Shown here: in pieces, positions 11,921 through 23,852 of the stretch
Position numbering within the stretch: position 1 is the first letter of the stretch
Layout of the letters: each line of letters begins with the position of its first letter
Origin: Squalus acanthias
Taxonomy: Eukaryota
Assembly: GCA_030390025.1 (NCBI GenBank)
Contig: JASTWF010000035.1
Location: 2,604,001-2,668,000, forward strand
Length of the DNA: 64,000 nucleotides
Direction: 5' to 3'
Translations under genes and position numbers: made by a program
The notes under the pieces: generated by a model
What the model was told of the DNA's origin: nothing
The model's database searches: none
What the model saw: only the letters and a program-made list of their open reading frames with translations

Positions 11921-13938
11921 ATGGCTAACAAGGGAAATCAGGGATAGTATTAAAACCAAGGAAGTTGCATACAAATTGGCCAGAAGTAGCAGCAAACCCG
12001 GGGACTGGGAGAACTTCAAAACTCAGCAGAGGAGGACGAAGGGTTTGATTAGGGCAGGGAAAATAAAATATGAAAGGAAGCTTGCAGAGAACATTAAAAT
12101 GAACAGCAAAAGCTTCTATAAATATGTAAAAAGAAAGAGGTTAGTAAAAACAAACGTAGGTCCCCTGCAGTCGGAAACAGGGGAAGTCGTAATGGGGAAC
12201 AAGGAAATGGCAGATCAATTGAACAAGTACTTTGGTTCGGTGTTTACTGTGGAGGACACACACAACCTGCCGGAAATAAAAGGGGTCAGAGGATCTGGTA
12301 AGAGGGAGGAGCTGAGGGAAATCCTTATTAGTCGGGAAAAGGTATTGGGAAAATTGATGGGACTGAAGGCTGAAAAATCCCCGGGGCCTGATGGTCTGCA
12401 TCCCAGAGTACTTAAGGAGGTGACGATCATTTTCCAACATTCCTTAGACTCTGGATCAGTTCCGATGGAGTGGAGGGTGGCCAATGTAACCCCTCTTTTT
12501 AAAAAAGGAGGGAGGGAGAAAGCAGGGAATTATAGACCGGTCAGCCTGACATCGGTTGTGGGTAAAATGATGGAAGCAATTATTAAAGATGTCATAACAG
12601 ACCATTTGGAAAGTGGCGACATGATAGGTCCAAGTCAGCATGGATTTGTGAAAGGGAAATCATGCTTGACAAATCTTCTGGAATTTTTTGAGGATGTTTC
12701 CAATAGGGTGGACAGGGGGGAACCAGTAGATGTGGTGTATTTGGACTTTCAGAAGGCCTTCGACAAGGTTCCACACAAGAGATTGGTGAGCAAAGTTAAA
12801 GCACATGGGATTGGGGGTAATGTGTTGACGTGGATTGAGAACTGGTTGGTACACAGGAAACAAAGAGTAGGAGTAAATGGGTACTTTTCAGAATGGCAGG
12901 CAGTGACCAGCGGGGTACCGCAGGGTTCGGTGCTGGGACCCCAGCTGTTTACATTATATATTAATGATTTGGACGAAGGGATTAAATGTAATATCTCCAA
13001 ATTTGCGGATGACACTAAATTGGGAGGCAGTGTGAACAATGAGGAGGACGCTAGGAGGCTACAGAGTGACTTGGACAGGTTGGGTGAATGGGCAAATGTA
13101 TGGCAGATGAAGTACAATGTGGATAAATGTGATGTTATCCACTTTGGTGGTAAAAATAGAGAGGCGGACTATTACCTGAATGGTGGCAGATTAGGGAAAG
13201 GGGAGGTGCAACGAGACCTGGGCATCATGGTACATCAGTCATTGAAGGTGGGAATGCAAGTGCAGCAGGCAGTCAAGAAAGCAAACGGAATGATGGCCTT
13301 CGTAGTAAGGGGATTTGAGTACAGGAGTAGGGAGGTGATGCTGCAGTTGTACAGGGCCTTGGTGAGGCCACACCTGGAGTATTGTGCGCAGTTTTGGTCT
13401 CCTAACTTAAGGAAGGACATTCTTGCTATTGAGGGAGTGCAGCGAAGGTTCACTAGATTGATTCCTGGGATGGCCGGACTGACATATCAAGAAAGATTGG
13501 GTCAACTGAACTTGTATCCTCTGGAGTTCAGAAGAATGAGGGGGGATCTTATAGAGACATTTAAAATCCTGACTGGTTTAGACAAATTAGATGCGGGCAG
13601 AATGTTCCCAATGGTAGGGAAAACTAGAACCAGGGGTCACAGTCTAAGGATTAAGGGGAAGCCATTTAGGACTGAGCTGAGGAGGAACTTCTTCACCCAG
13701 AGAGTGGTGAATCTATGGAATTCTCTTCCACAGAAGGTTGTTGAGGCCAGTTCGCTAAATATATTCAAAAGGGAGTTAGATATAACACTCACAACTAAGG
13801 GGATCAAGGGGTATGGCGAGAAAGCAGGAATGGGGTACTGAGGTAGCATGTTCAGCCATGAACGCATTGAATGGCGGTGCAGGCTCGAAGGACCGAATGG
13901 TCTACTCCTGTACCTATTTTCTATGTTTCTATCTATGT
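11921..13938 (+). mobile_element. 5'-truncated CR1 LINE with open RT ORF (to 13841)
   Basis: PWLTREIRDS through all RT motifs to GYGEKAGMGY*, followed by a CR1 3' tail. Confidence 0.95.
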
Positions 13939-15098
13939 ATTGTTCCGTTGCAGTTTTTCCTGTCAGTCTTTGGTTCCATTTTACCCTGGCTAGATCCTTT
14001 TGCATTCCATTGAAGTTAGCCCTATTCCAGTTTAGAAGTTCCACTCTAGATTGTTCCTTGCTCCTCTCCATTACTAATCTAAATCTTATGATACGATGAT
14101 CACTCGTACCCAAGTGTTCTCCCACAGACACTTGGTCGACCTGGCCCACCTCATTCCCCAACACCAGATCCAGCAATGCCTCGTTCCTAGTTGGGCCAAG
14201 AACATACTGGTCAAGGAAATTCTCCTGAATACATTTCAGAAATTCCTCCCACTCCTTTCCCTTTACCCTAGCATTATCCCAATCAATATTTGGGTAATTA
14301 AGGTCCCCCAATATCACCACTCTATAGCTCTTGCACATCTCTGATTTCCCTGCAGATTTGCTCCTCTACCTCCCTTTCACTATTTGGAGGCCTGTAGAAT
14401 ACCTCCAATAGCGTGATCATACCCTTTTTGCTCCTCAACTCTAACCAAATGGATTCTTTCCTTGTCCTCTCAAGAACATCCTCCCTATCCAACACTACAA
14501 TGTCTTCTTTAACCAGCACTGCCACCCCACCTCCCTTTTTTCCTTCCCTATCTTTCCTGAACACCTTGTACCCTTGAATATTAAGTGCCCAGTCCTCACC
14601 GTTTTTAAGCCACGTTTCCGTTATTGCCATGACATCATATTGCCACACGGCTAATTGTGCTTGTAGTTCACCAACCTCATTCACCACACTATGTGCGTTT
14701 ACGTACATGCATTCTAAACCCATTTTTGAATTTTTCACAGTCTTTCTTACTCTCCTATCTAATGTGGTACTACTTCCGCCTCTAGTACTACTTTCTTCTC
14801 TAGTACTATCCAACACACTCACTCTTTTATGCACCTTATTCCTCTTTTCTACTCCTATACGCTGGTTCCCATCCCCCTGCCAAGCTAGTTTAAACCCTCC
14901 CCAACAGCACGAGCAAACCTCCCCGCGAGAATATTGGTCCCAGCCCCTTTGAGGTGTAACCCGTCCGACTTGTACAGGTCCCACCTTCCCCAGAAACTGT
15001 CCCAATGCCTCAGGAATCTAAAGTCCTCCCTCCTGCACCATCTCTCCAGCCACGCATTCATCTGTTCTATCCTCCTATTCCTATACTCACTAGCACAT
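13939..15098 (-). mobile_element. CR1 family A host element, piece 7 (ORF1 end, linker, endonuclease)
   Basis: SGNH end DGLHL...GEGLN* (stop 14885-14887). EN motifs YVNA, AITETW, GDLN, LDLV and SDH. Confidence 0.9.
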
Positions 15099-15612
15099 GG
15101 CTGATCTTCTATCTCATCTCCACTTTCCTGCACTATCCCCATATCCCTTAATTCCCTTAATATCCAAAAATCTATCGATCTCAGTCTTGAATATACTCAA
15201 CGACTGAGCCTCCACAGCCCTCTGGGGTAGAGAATTCCAAAGATTCACCACCCTCTGAGTGAAGAAATTTCTCCTCATCTCAGTCCTAAATGGCCGACCC
15301 CTTATTTCTGAGACTGTGACTCCTCGTTCTACACTCTCCAGCCAGGGGAAACATCCTCCCTGCATCTACCCTGACAAGGCCCTTAAGAATTTTATATGTT
15401 CCAGGGAGATCACCTCTCATTCTTCTAAACTCTAAGGAATATAGGACTAGTCGACTCAATCTCTCCTAATAGGACACTCCCCTCATCCCAGGAATCAGTC
15501 TGGTGAACCTTCGCTGCACTCCCTCTAAGACAAGTATATCCTTCCTTCGGTAAGGAGACCAAAAGTGTACACAGTACTCCAGGTGTGGTCTCACCAAGGC
15601 CCTATATAATTG
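15099..15612 (-). mobile_element. CR1 3' RT fragment
   Basis: [12 protein letters not shown]...RNFFTQRVV...GYG. Confidence 0.85.
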
Positions 15613-15775
15613 CAAATAAAAACAGAAAATGCTGGAAATACTCAGCAGGTCAGGCAGCATCTGTGGAGAGAGAAACAGAGTTAACGTTTCAGGTCGATGA
15701 CCCTTCGTCAGAACTGGAAAAAGCTAGAGATCGAACAGGTTTTTAAGCAAGTGCAGGCGCAGGGAAAGGGGGGAG
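15613..15775 (-). mobile_element. Penelope-like terminal-repeat fragment containing a hammerhead motif
   Basis: Homologous to the 3' end of the element at 44181-47562. Confidence 0.75.
15680..15716 (-). ncRNA. Minimal hammerhead ribozyme motif
   Basis: Minus strand cAGTT-CTGACGA-a-GGGTC atc GACCT-GAAAC-GTT-AACT: core CUGANGA/GAAA, stem II and palindromic stem III. Confidence 0.65.
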
Positions 15776-16072
15776 AACATAAGAACATAAGAAATAGGAG
15801 CAGGAGTAGGCCATTCAGCCCTTTGAGCCTCCTCCGCCATTCAATGAGATCATGGCTGATCTTCTGCCTCAACTCCATTCACCGGCCCTATCGCCATATC
15901 CCTTGATGCCCTTACTAGTCAGAAATCTATCGACTTCTGTGTTGAATATACCCAATGACTGAGCCTCCACAGCCCTCTGGGGTAGAGAATTCCAAAGATT
16001 CACCACCCTCTGTGAAGAAATGTCTTCTCATCTCAGTCCTGAATGGCCTACCCTTTATCTTGACGCTGTAGA
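15776..16072 (-). mobile_element. CR1 3' tail fragment
   Basis: aacataagaa tail and aggagcaggagtaggccattc hairpin. Same family as 55698-56310. Confidence 0.8.
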
Positions 16073-17027
16073 CTTTCTTAGTCTGCTGTTATCTAATGTG
16101 GTACTACTACCGCCTCCAGTACGATCTTCTCTAGTACTGTCCAACACACTCACTCTTTTATGCACCTTATTCCTCTTTTCTACTCCTATATGCTGGTGCC
16201 AATCCCCCTGTCAAGCTAGTTTAAACCTTCCCCAACAGCACCAACAAATCTCAGAGAATATTGGTCCCGGCTCTGTTGAGGTGTAACCCATCCGGCTTGT
16301 GCAGGTTTCACCTTCCCCAGAAATGGTCCCAATGAATCAGGAATCTAAAGCCCTCCCTCCTGCACCATCTCTCCAGCCACGCATTCATCTGCTCTATCCT
16401 CCTATTCCTGTACTCACGAGCACGTGGCACCGGGAGTAATCCGGAGATTACTACCTTTGAGGTCCTGCTTTTTAATTTCTCTCCTAGCTCCTAGCTCCCT
16501 AAACTCTGCCTGCAGGACCTCATCCCTCTTTCTGCCTATGTCGTTGGTAGCGATATGGACAACGACCTCTGGCTGTTCACCCTCCCCCCTCAGGGTATCC
16601 TGCAGCTGCTCAGTGACATCCTTAACCCTGACACCAGGGAGGCAACATACCATCCTGGAGTCATGTCTACGGCCACAGAAACGCCTGCCTGCTCCACTAA
16701 CTATCGAATCCCCTACCACTATTGCTCTTCCACTCTTTTTCCTCCCCCACCGTTCAGCTGAGCCACCCGTGGTGCCGTGGACTTGACTCTGGCTGCACTC
16801 CCCAGAGGAACCATCGCCCTCACCAGTACTCAGAACAGAATACTGGTTAGAGAGCGCGATGCACTCAGGGTACTCCTGCACTACCTGCCTGGTCCTCCTC
16901 TCTGCCTGCATACTCTTAAGCTGCAGGGTGACCATCTCTAGAAAAGTTCTATCCACGTAACTCTCAACCTCGCGGATGCACCGCAGTGACTCCAGCTGCC
17001 GCTCAAGCTCCGAAACCCGGATCTCGT
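16073..17027 (-). mobile_element. CR1 ORF1 (SGNH esterase) fragment, second family-A-like copy
   Basis: IRVSELERQLESL coiled coil, VVGDSIV, LPGVRVKD and VHIATND. Ends GLN*. Confidence 0.87.
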
Positions 17028-17039
17028 GTTGCTGTTGCT

Positions 17040-17997
17040 GAGGATAACCAGGGAAAGAGTAGGGCCCATTAGGGACCAAAGTGGCAATCTGTGTGTAGAG
17101 CCGGAAGATGTAGGTGAGGTTTCAAATGAATATTTTGCATCTGTGTTCACTATGGAGAAGGACGATGTAGGCATAAAAATCAGGCAGGGGGATTGTGATA
17201 TACTTGAACAAATTAGTATTGAGAGGGAGGAGGTACTAGCAGTTTTAGTGGGCTTAAAAGTGAATAAATCCCCAGGCCCAGACGAGATGTATCCCAGGCT
17301 GCTGTGTGAGGCAAGGGAGGAGATTGCAGGGGCTCTGTTGGAGAGGGAGATGGACCCAGGAGACTCATGCACTACCTTCCTAGTTCTTTTACTCTGTCTG
17401 GTGGTCACCCATTCCCTGTCTGCCTGTGCACTCGTTACCTGCGGTGTGACCACCTTGTTAAACGTGCTATCCACGAAGATCTCAGCTTCGCGGATGCTCC
17501 ACAGTGACTCCAGCCGCAGCTCCAGCTCTGAAACACGGATTTCGAGTAACTGCAGCTGGAGACACTTCCTGCACATATGTTCGCCCTGGACACCGAAAGT
17601 GTCCCTGACTTCCCACATAGCACAGGAGGAGCACTCCACGCTGCCGAGCTGCCCTGCCATGTCCTACCCTTAACTTACTCCCTTTACTTCCTGTCAATTA
17701 AAGAATATTAAATACACTAGGGACCTTACTTCACTTTAAACACTACTTACTCTAAACTAGAGACCTTACGTTTACTTCAATGACTGGAATGTAGAAATAC
17801 TGTAGAAATACTCACCAGCTCCTACTTACCAATCAGCTCCTTCCCTGGTTGTGACGTCACTTTAGCGGTTTTGCAGTTGTTGTTGTTTGACTGCTCCCGC
17901 TCTCTGACTCTTTCCCAACTCGCAGCACTCCTTTGCAGCGCTCCTTTATAACCACTCCGCCTTCTCTCAGGTCCCGCTGCCGCTCCCACACAGTTCC
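17040..17997. mobile_element. Rearranged CR1 family D fragment: plus-strand ORF2 piece (17040-17335) fused to minus-strand 5'UTR and ORF1 start (17336-17997)
   Basis: Both parts match the element at 27599-32210. Zinc-finger start MAGQLGSVECSSC..CRKC at 17660. Confidence 0.8.
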
Positions 17998-18004
17998 ACC
18001 TCCT

Positions 18005-20827
18005 CCTGGAATCATTCTCGTAAATCTTTTCTGCACCCTCTCTAAGGCCTTCACATCCTTCCTAAAGTGCGGTACCCAGAATTGGACACAATACTCCAGT
18101 CGGGGCTGAACCAGTGTTTTATACAGGTTCATCATAATTTCCACACTTTTGTACTCTATGCCTCTATTTATGAAGCCCAGGATCCCGTAAGCCTTTTTAA
18201 CTGCTTTCTCAACCTGCCCTGCCACCTTCAATGATTTGTGCACATATACCCCCAGGTCTCTCTGTTCGTGTACCCGCTTCAGGATTGTACCATTTAGTTT
18301 ATATGTCCTCTCATTCTTTCTACCAAATTGTATCACTTCACACTTTTCTGCGTTAAATTTCATCTGCCACGTGTCCGCCCATTTCACCAGCCTGTTTATG
18401 TCTTCCTGAAGTCTATCACTATCCTCCTCACTGTTCACTATACTTCCAAGTTTTGTGTCATCTGCAAATTTTGAAATTGTGCCCTGTACACCCACATCCA
18501 AGTCATTAATATATATCAAGAAAAGCAGTGGTCCTAGTACCGACCCTTGGGGAACACCACTGTACACCTTCCTCCAGTCCGAAAAACAACCGTTCACCAC
18601 TACTCTCTGTTTCCTATCACTGAGCCAATTCCATTTCCATGCTGCCACTGTCCCTTTTATTCCATGGGCTTCAACTTTGCTGGCAAACCTATTATGTGGC
18701 ACTTTATCGAACGCCTTTTGGAAATCTATGTACACTACGTCAACCGCATTGCCCTCATCAACCCTCTCTGTTACCTCATCAAAGAACTCAATCAAGTTAG
18801 TTAAACATGATTGTCCTTTCACAAATCCGTACTGGCTTTCCTTAATTAATCCACACTTATCCAAGTGATTGTTCATTTTGTCCCTGATTACTGTTTCTAA
18901 AAGTTTCCCCACTACCGAGATCAAACTTACTGCCTGTAGTTGCTGGGTTTATCTTTACACCTTTTTTGAACAATGGTGTAACATTTGCAATTCTCCTGTC
19001 CTCTGGCACCACCCCCGTTTCTAAGGAGGATTGGAATATTATGGCCAGTACCTCCACGATTTCCTCCCTCAATTCCCTCAGCATCCTAGGATGCATCCCA
19101 TCTGCTCCTGGTGATTTATCTACTTTATGTACAGCCAGCCTTTCTAATACCTACTCTTATTCAATTTTTATCCTATCAAGTATCTCCACCACCTCCTTTA
19201 CTATGTCTATGGCAGCATCCTCTTCCTTGGTGAAGATAGATGCAAAGTACTCGTTTAGTACCTCAGCCATACCCTCTGCCTTCATGCATAGGTCTCCTTT
19301 TTGGTCCCTAATCGGTCCCACCCCTCCTCTTACTACCCTTTTACTATTTATATGCCTACAGAAGATTTTTGGATTACCTTTTATGTTGGCTGCCAGTCTA
19401 TTCTCATACCCTCTCTTTGCCCCTCTTCTTTTCTTTTCTACTTCTCCTCTGACCTTTCTGTATATAGCCTGAATCTCAGATGTATTTGCAACCTGACATC
19501 TGTCATACGCGTTCTTTTTCTGGTTCATCATATTCTCTAGCTCTTTCGTCATCCAGGGAGTCCTGACTTTAGTTGCCCTGCCTTTCCCCCTAGTGAGAAC
19601 GTACCTCAACTGTACCCGAACTATTTCCTCTTTAATGGCAGCCCATTGTTCTATTTCAGTTTTGCCTGCCAATCTTTGATTCCAGTTGACCCGGGCCTGA
19701 TCCGTTCTCCTCCCACTGAAATTGGCCTTCCCCCAGTTAAACATTTTTACTCTAGATTGCTCCCTGTCCTTTTCCATCGCTAATCTAAACCTTATGATAC
19801 TATGATCACTGTTCCCTAAATGTTCAGCTAATGACATTTGCTCCACTTGACCCACCTCATTCCCCAGAACTAGATCCAGCAATGCCTCCTCCCTCGTCGG
19901 GTCAGAAACACACCGATCAAGAAAGTTCTCCTGAACACACTTCAGAAATTCTCCCTCTTCTCTGCCCTCAACACTATTACGATCCCAGTCTATATTAGGT
20001 TGGTTGAAGTCCCCCATTATTACTACTCTATATTTCTTGCACCTCTCTGTAATTTCTCCACACATTTGCTCCTGCATATCTTTCCCACTATTTGGTGGTC
20101 TATAGAATACACCTAGTAGTGTAATGGCACCTCTATTATTTCTTAATTCTAGCCATATAGATTCCAGGACATCCTCCCTCTCTAGCACTGTAACATTCTC
20201 CTTGGCTGATACTGCCACACCACCTCCTATCTTTCCTTCTCTATCTTTTTTGAGCCAGGTCTCAGTTATTGCCACAGCATCATATTCCCATGTGGCTATT
20301 TGTGCCTGCAGCTCACTTATCTTGTTTACTTCGCTTCGTGCGTTCACATACATACACTGTAAACCCATCTTAGACCATCCTGTATTCTCTCTTAGTTTGA
20401 CCCTACCTCATACCTTACTATTTCTTACTTTAGTGATCTCTGCCTCTCCCAATCCTTTGAGCACTTTATTTCCCCTTTCTAATGTTACATCCTTGTGCCC
20501 ATCCCCCTGCCAAATTAGTTTAAACCCCCCCCCCCCCCCCCCCAAGAGCACTAGCAAACCTCCCCGTGAGGATATTGGTTCTGGCCCTGTTGAGGTGCAA
20601 CCTGTCCGGCCTGTACAGGTCCCACCTCCCCCAGAACCAGTCCCAATGCCTCAGGAATCTAAAGCCCTCCCTCCTGCACCATCTCTCCAGCCACGCACTC
20701 ATCTGCACTATCCTCCTATTTCTATACTCACTAGCGCGTGGCACCGGTAGAAATCCTGAGGTCCTGCTGTTTAATCTCTTTCCTAGCTCCCTGAAATCTG
20801 CCTGCAGGGCCTCATCCCTCTTTCTAT
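18005..20827 (-). mobile_element. CR1 LINE (ORF1 end, EN, RT), decayed
   Basis: ORFs 20520..20744 (SGNH end), 19157..20368 (EN) and 17857..18924 (RT). Confidence 0.92.
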
Positions 20828-21070
20828 CTATTTCGAAGAAGAGCAGGGGAGTTATCCTTAGCCAATATTTATCCCTTAATCAACATCTCTAAAAAATAGA
20901 TTATCTGGTCATTATCACATTGCTGTTAGTGGAGCTTGCTGTGCGCAAATTGGCTGCCGCGTTTCCTACATTACAATAGTGACCACACTTCAAAAAGTAC
21001 TTCTGTAAAGCACTTTAGGACGTCCGGTGGTCGTGAAAGGCGTTATATGAATGCAAGTTTTTCTTTCTTT
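20828..21070 (+). mobile_element. Deu-domain SINE, 3' part (continuation of 883-987)
   Basis: ctatttcgaagaagagcagggg...cattgctg...gtgcgcaaattggctgcc...aaaggcgttatatgaatgcaag(tttc)n. Matches 63765-63997. Confidence 0.85.
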
Positions 21071-21498
21071 CAGAGTCCTTGAACTTCTTGTCTCCTCCCA
21101 AATCTGTATCCATCTATCCCACAACTCCATGTTTGAATCCCCCCAACCAGTTTTCCACCCCTGCCACAGCTCTGAAACGGCCCTTATCAAAGTCACAAAT
21201 GACATCCTGTGTGACTGTGACCATGGTAAATGATCCCGCTTCATGCTTGTCGACCTTTCTGCAGCCTTTGACACGGTTGATCACACCATCCTGCTCCAAC
21301 ACCTGTCCTCTGTCATCCAGCTGGGTGGAACTACCCTCACCTGGTTCCATTTCTATCTATCCAGTCGTAGCCAGAGAATGATCTGCAATGACTTCTTTTC
21401 CCGCTCCTGCACAGTTATCTAGGAGTCACCCAAGGACCTATCCTTGGCCCCCTCCTATTTCTCATTTGCATGCTGCCCCTCAGCGTCATCATCCTAAA
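21071..21498 (+). mobile_element. L2 LINE RT fragment
   Basis: HSSETALIKVTND...[11 protein letters not shown], typical of L2-clade RT. Confidence 0.8.
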
Positions 21499-21616
21499 CC
21501 TATGTTCCAGAAGAAAGGTTACTATCAAGAGTCAGCAAGCACTCAGTGCGGGATAGACAGAGCCACATTGACACCAGAGTGCAGCTGGCCCCATAAAGGA
21601 ACTTAGTGGGGATAAT

Positions 21617-22360
21617 GGCCCAAAAATTCGTGAGGAAGCCTTCGTGCGAGGGTAAGGCCTCCCCGCGATCTCTCACTCCGCGTTGGCTTTTTCAGTTCCA
21701 GCTCGCACGAACTTGATGTTCTGGACAGCTGCTGTGCTGGGCTTGCGTATCCCACCGGCGTAGTTAATTTGTGCGAGCTGTGGGAACACCTGACTCAGTT
21801 AGAGCCAATGGCAGCACACCATCTTCCATTCATAACTTTCACATAAGTGCTGTGAAAGTTATGAATACTATAGCCCCCCAAAAGAACCGCTAAACCACAA
21901 TTAAATTTAAAAAAAAAACCATCACATTAATAAAATAAGTATAGTTAAATAAATTAACCATTTTAAATAAAAAATTAAATTTTTGAAAAAATTTAAAATC
22001 TTTTAAAAAGTTATAAAAATAAACTTACCTGTCTTTAAAGTCTCTAAAAAAGATATACCTGTTAAAAAAAATTCAAAATAATACTTAATTCACGACTTAC
22101 CTTGTTAAAAGTGGGTCTTACTCCTCCTTTTTTTATGTCTAGAATCTTCCGTACTTACTGGCGCGTTGAAACCACTAAGTGCACAGCGTGCGCGCAGCCT
22201 GTAGCACGCACGCGGTGCACCTAGGACCCGCCCCCTTTTCCAAAAACCAAGTGCCGGTTTTCAGCGCATGCGCAGTGCATGCAGAAAACCGGCAATTGGA
22301 GACAGAATACGCGAGAGTACGCAGTGCGTACTCTCGCGTAGTGGGACTAATTTTTGGGCC
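21617..22360. mobile_element. Non-autonomous Harbinger-type MITE (744 bp)
   Basis: TIRs ggcccaaaaatt / aatttttgggcc and 3-bp TSD AAT. AT-rich core with GC-rich subterminal hairpins. Inverted sibling at 52478-53241. Confidence 0.88.
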
Positions 22361-22444
22361 AATAGCTCGGGATGATTGCTCTCTAAAGAGACTGATGTCA
22401 CAAATGATAAATAGTGGATGTGCTCCAAGGCATCCCCATTAGCT

Positions 22445-23203
22445 TATGTCCACTTTACACCTAAAAGGATAGTTCAGACTACTTTCTAAATGGTGAAAAG
22501 CTGGAAACAGTGGAGGCCCATAGATCATAAAAATGTCATGGACAAGTACAGAAAATAATCAAAAAGGCTAATGGAATGCTGGCCTTTATATCTAGAGGAC
22601 TACAGTACAAGGGGATAGAAGTTATGCTGCAACTATACAGAGCCCTGGTTAGACCACACCTGGAGTACTGTGAGCAGTTCTGGGCACCACACCTTAGGAA
22701 GGATATATTGGCCTTGGAGGGAGTGCAGCGTAGATTTACCAGAATGATACCTGGACTCCAAGGGTTAAATTACGAGAAGAGATTACACAAATTAGGGTTG
22801 TATTCCCTGGAATTTAGAAGGTTGAGGGGTGATCTGATCGCAGTTTTCAAGATATTAAGGAGAACTGATAGGGAAGATAGAGAGAGACTATTTCTGCTGG
22901 TTAGAGAGTCTAGGACTAGGGGACATAACCTAAGAATTAGAGCCAGACCTTTCAGGAGTGAAGTTAGGGAATATTTCTATAAACAAAGGGTGGTAGAAGT
23001 TTGGAACTCTCTTCCACAAATGGCAGTTGATGCGACGTCAATTGTTAATTTTAATTCTGAGATTGATAGATTTTTGTTAAACCAAGGTATTAAGGGATAC
23101 GGACCAAAGGCAGGAATATGAAGTTAGGTCGCAGATCAACTATGATCTCATTGAATGACGGAACAGGCTCGAGGGGCTGAATGGCCTACTCCTGTTCCTA
23201 TGT
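22445..23203 (+). mobile_element. CR1 3' fragment
   Basis: ORF 22576..23121 (RT C-terminus) plus 3' hairpin. Confidence 0.88.
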
Positions 23204-23852
23204 CATCCTAATGCATCTGGCGCAAGAAATAAAGAACACGCAGGCTCAAAAAATGAGTGCTGTATATAAATATTTTTAGTTACTAACAACTGAAATATGT
23301 ACATGGGATTACCTAGCGTTAGTTATTTAATTATAGAGTCATAGGGGTAAAAATTCAGTTGGTTGCGCCTCCCGTTAGCGCCTTAAGAGGGCGCTAATGG
23401 GGCGCAAAGCCGCTAACGCCCGGGCGCAGCGATGTTTGCGCCGCTCGAGAACTTAACGAGAGATTGTGCGGCGGCGCTAAAACTTACCGCTGCGACCACC
23501 TGCGCGCGCAGATTATGACGTCATTCCATGGTGCAACGCCCTTGTGGCGCCCCGGAGCGGAAATTGAGTGGCGCCCCCTGCCTTACCGCCTGGCGCTTCC
23601 AACGACCGGAAGACTGGAACGCTATCAATCGCTGTGGGGCTGGGGGGGGCGCTATTTAAAGGGGGCCTCTTCCTGTCTTTTTCTGTGGTCGACATTTATG
23701 CACCACTCGTTCTGAGAGAGAGAGAGATTCGGAGAGAGAGAGAGCGAGACTTCTACATTGACTCAACGCTTTGTGAGGTAGTTTTGCCTATTGATCCTAA
23801 CTTTGTTGCTACTTTAGTTGCTGTCCCTCATTACTTTGCTTGCAAAGAGAAT

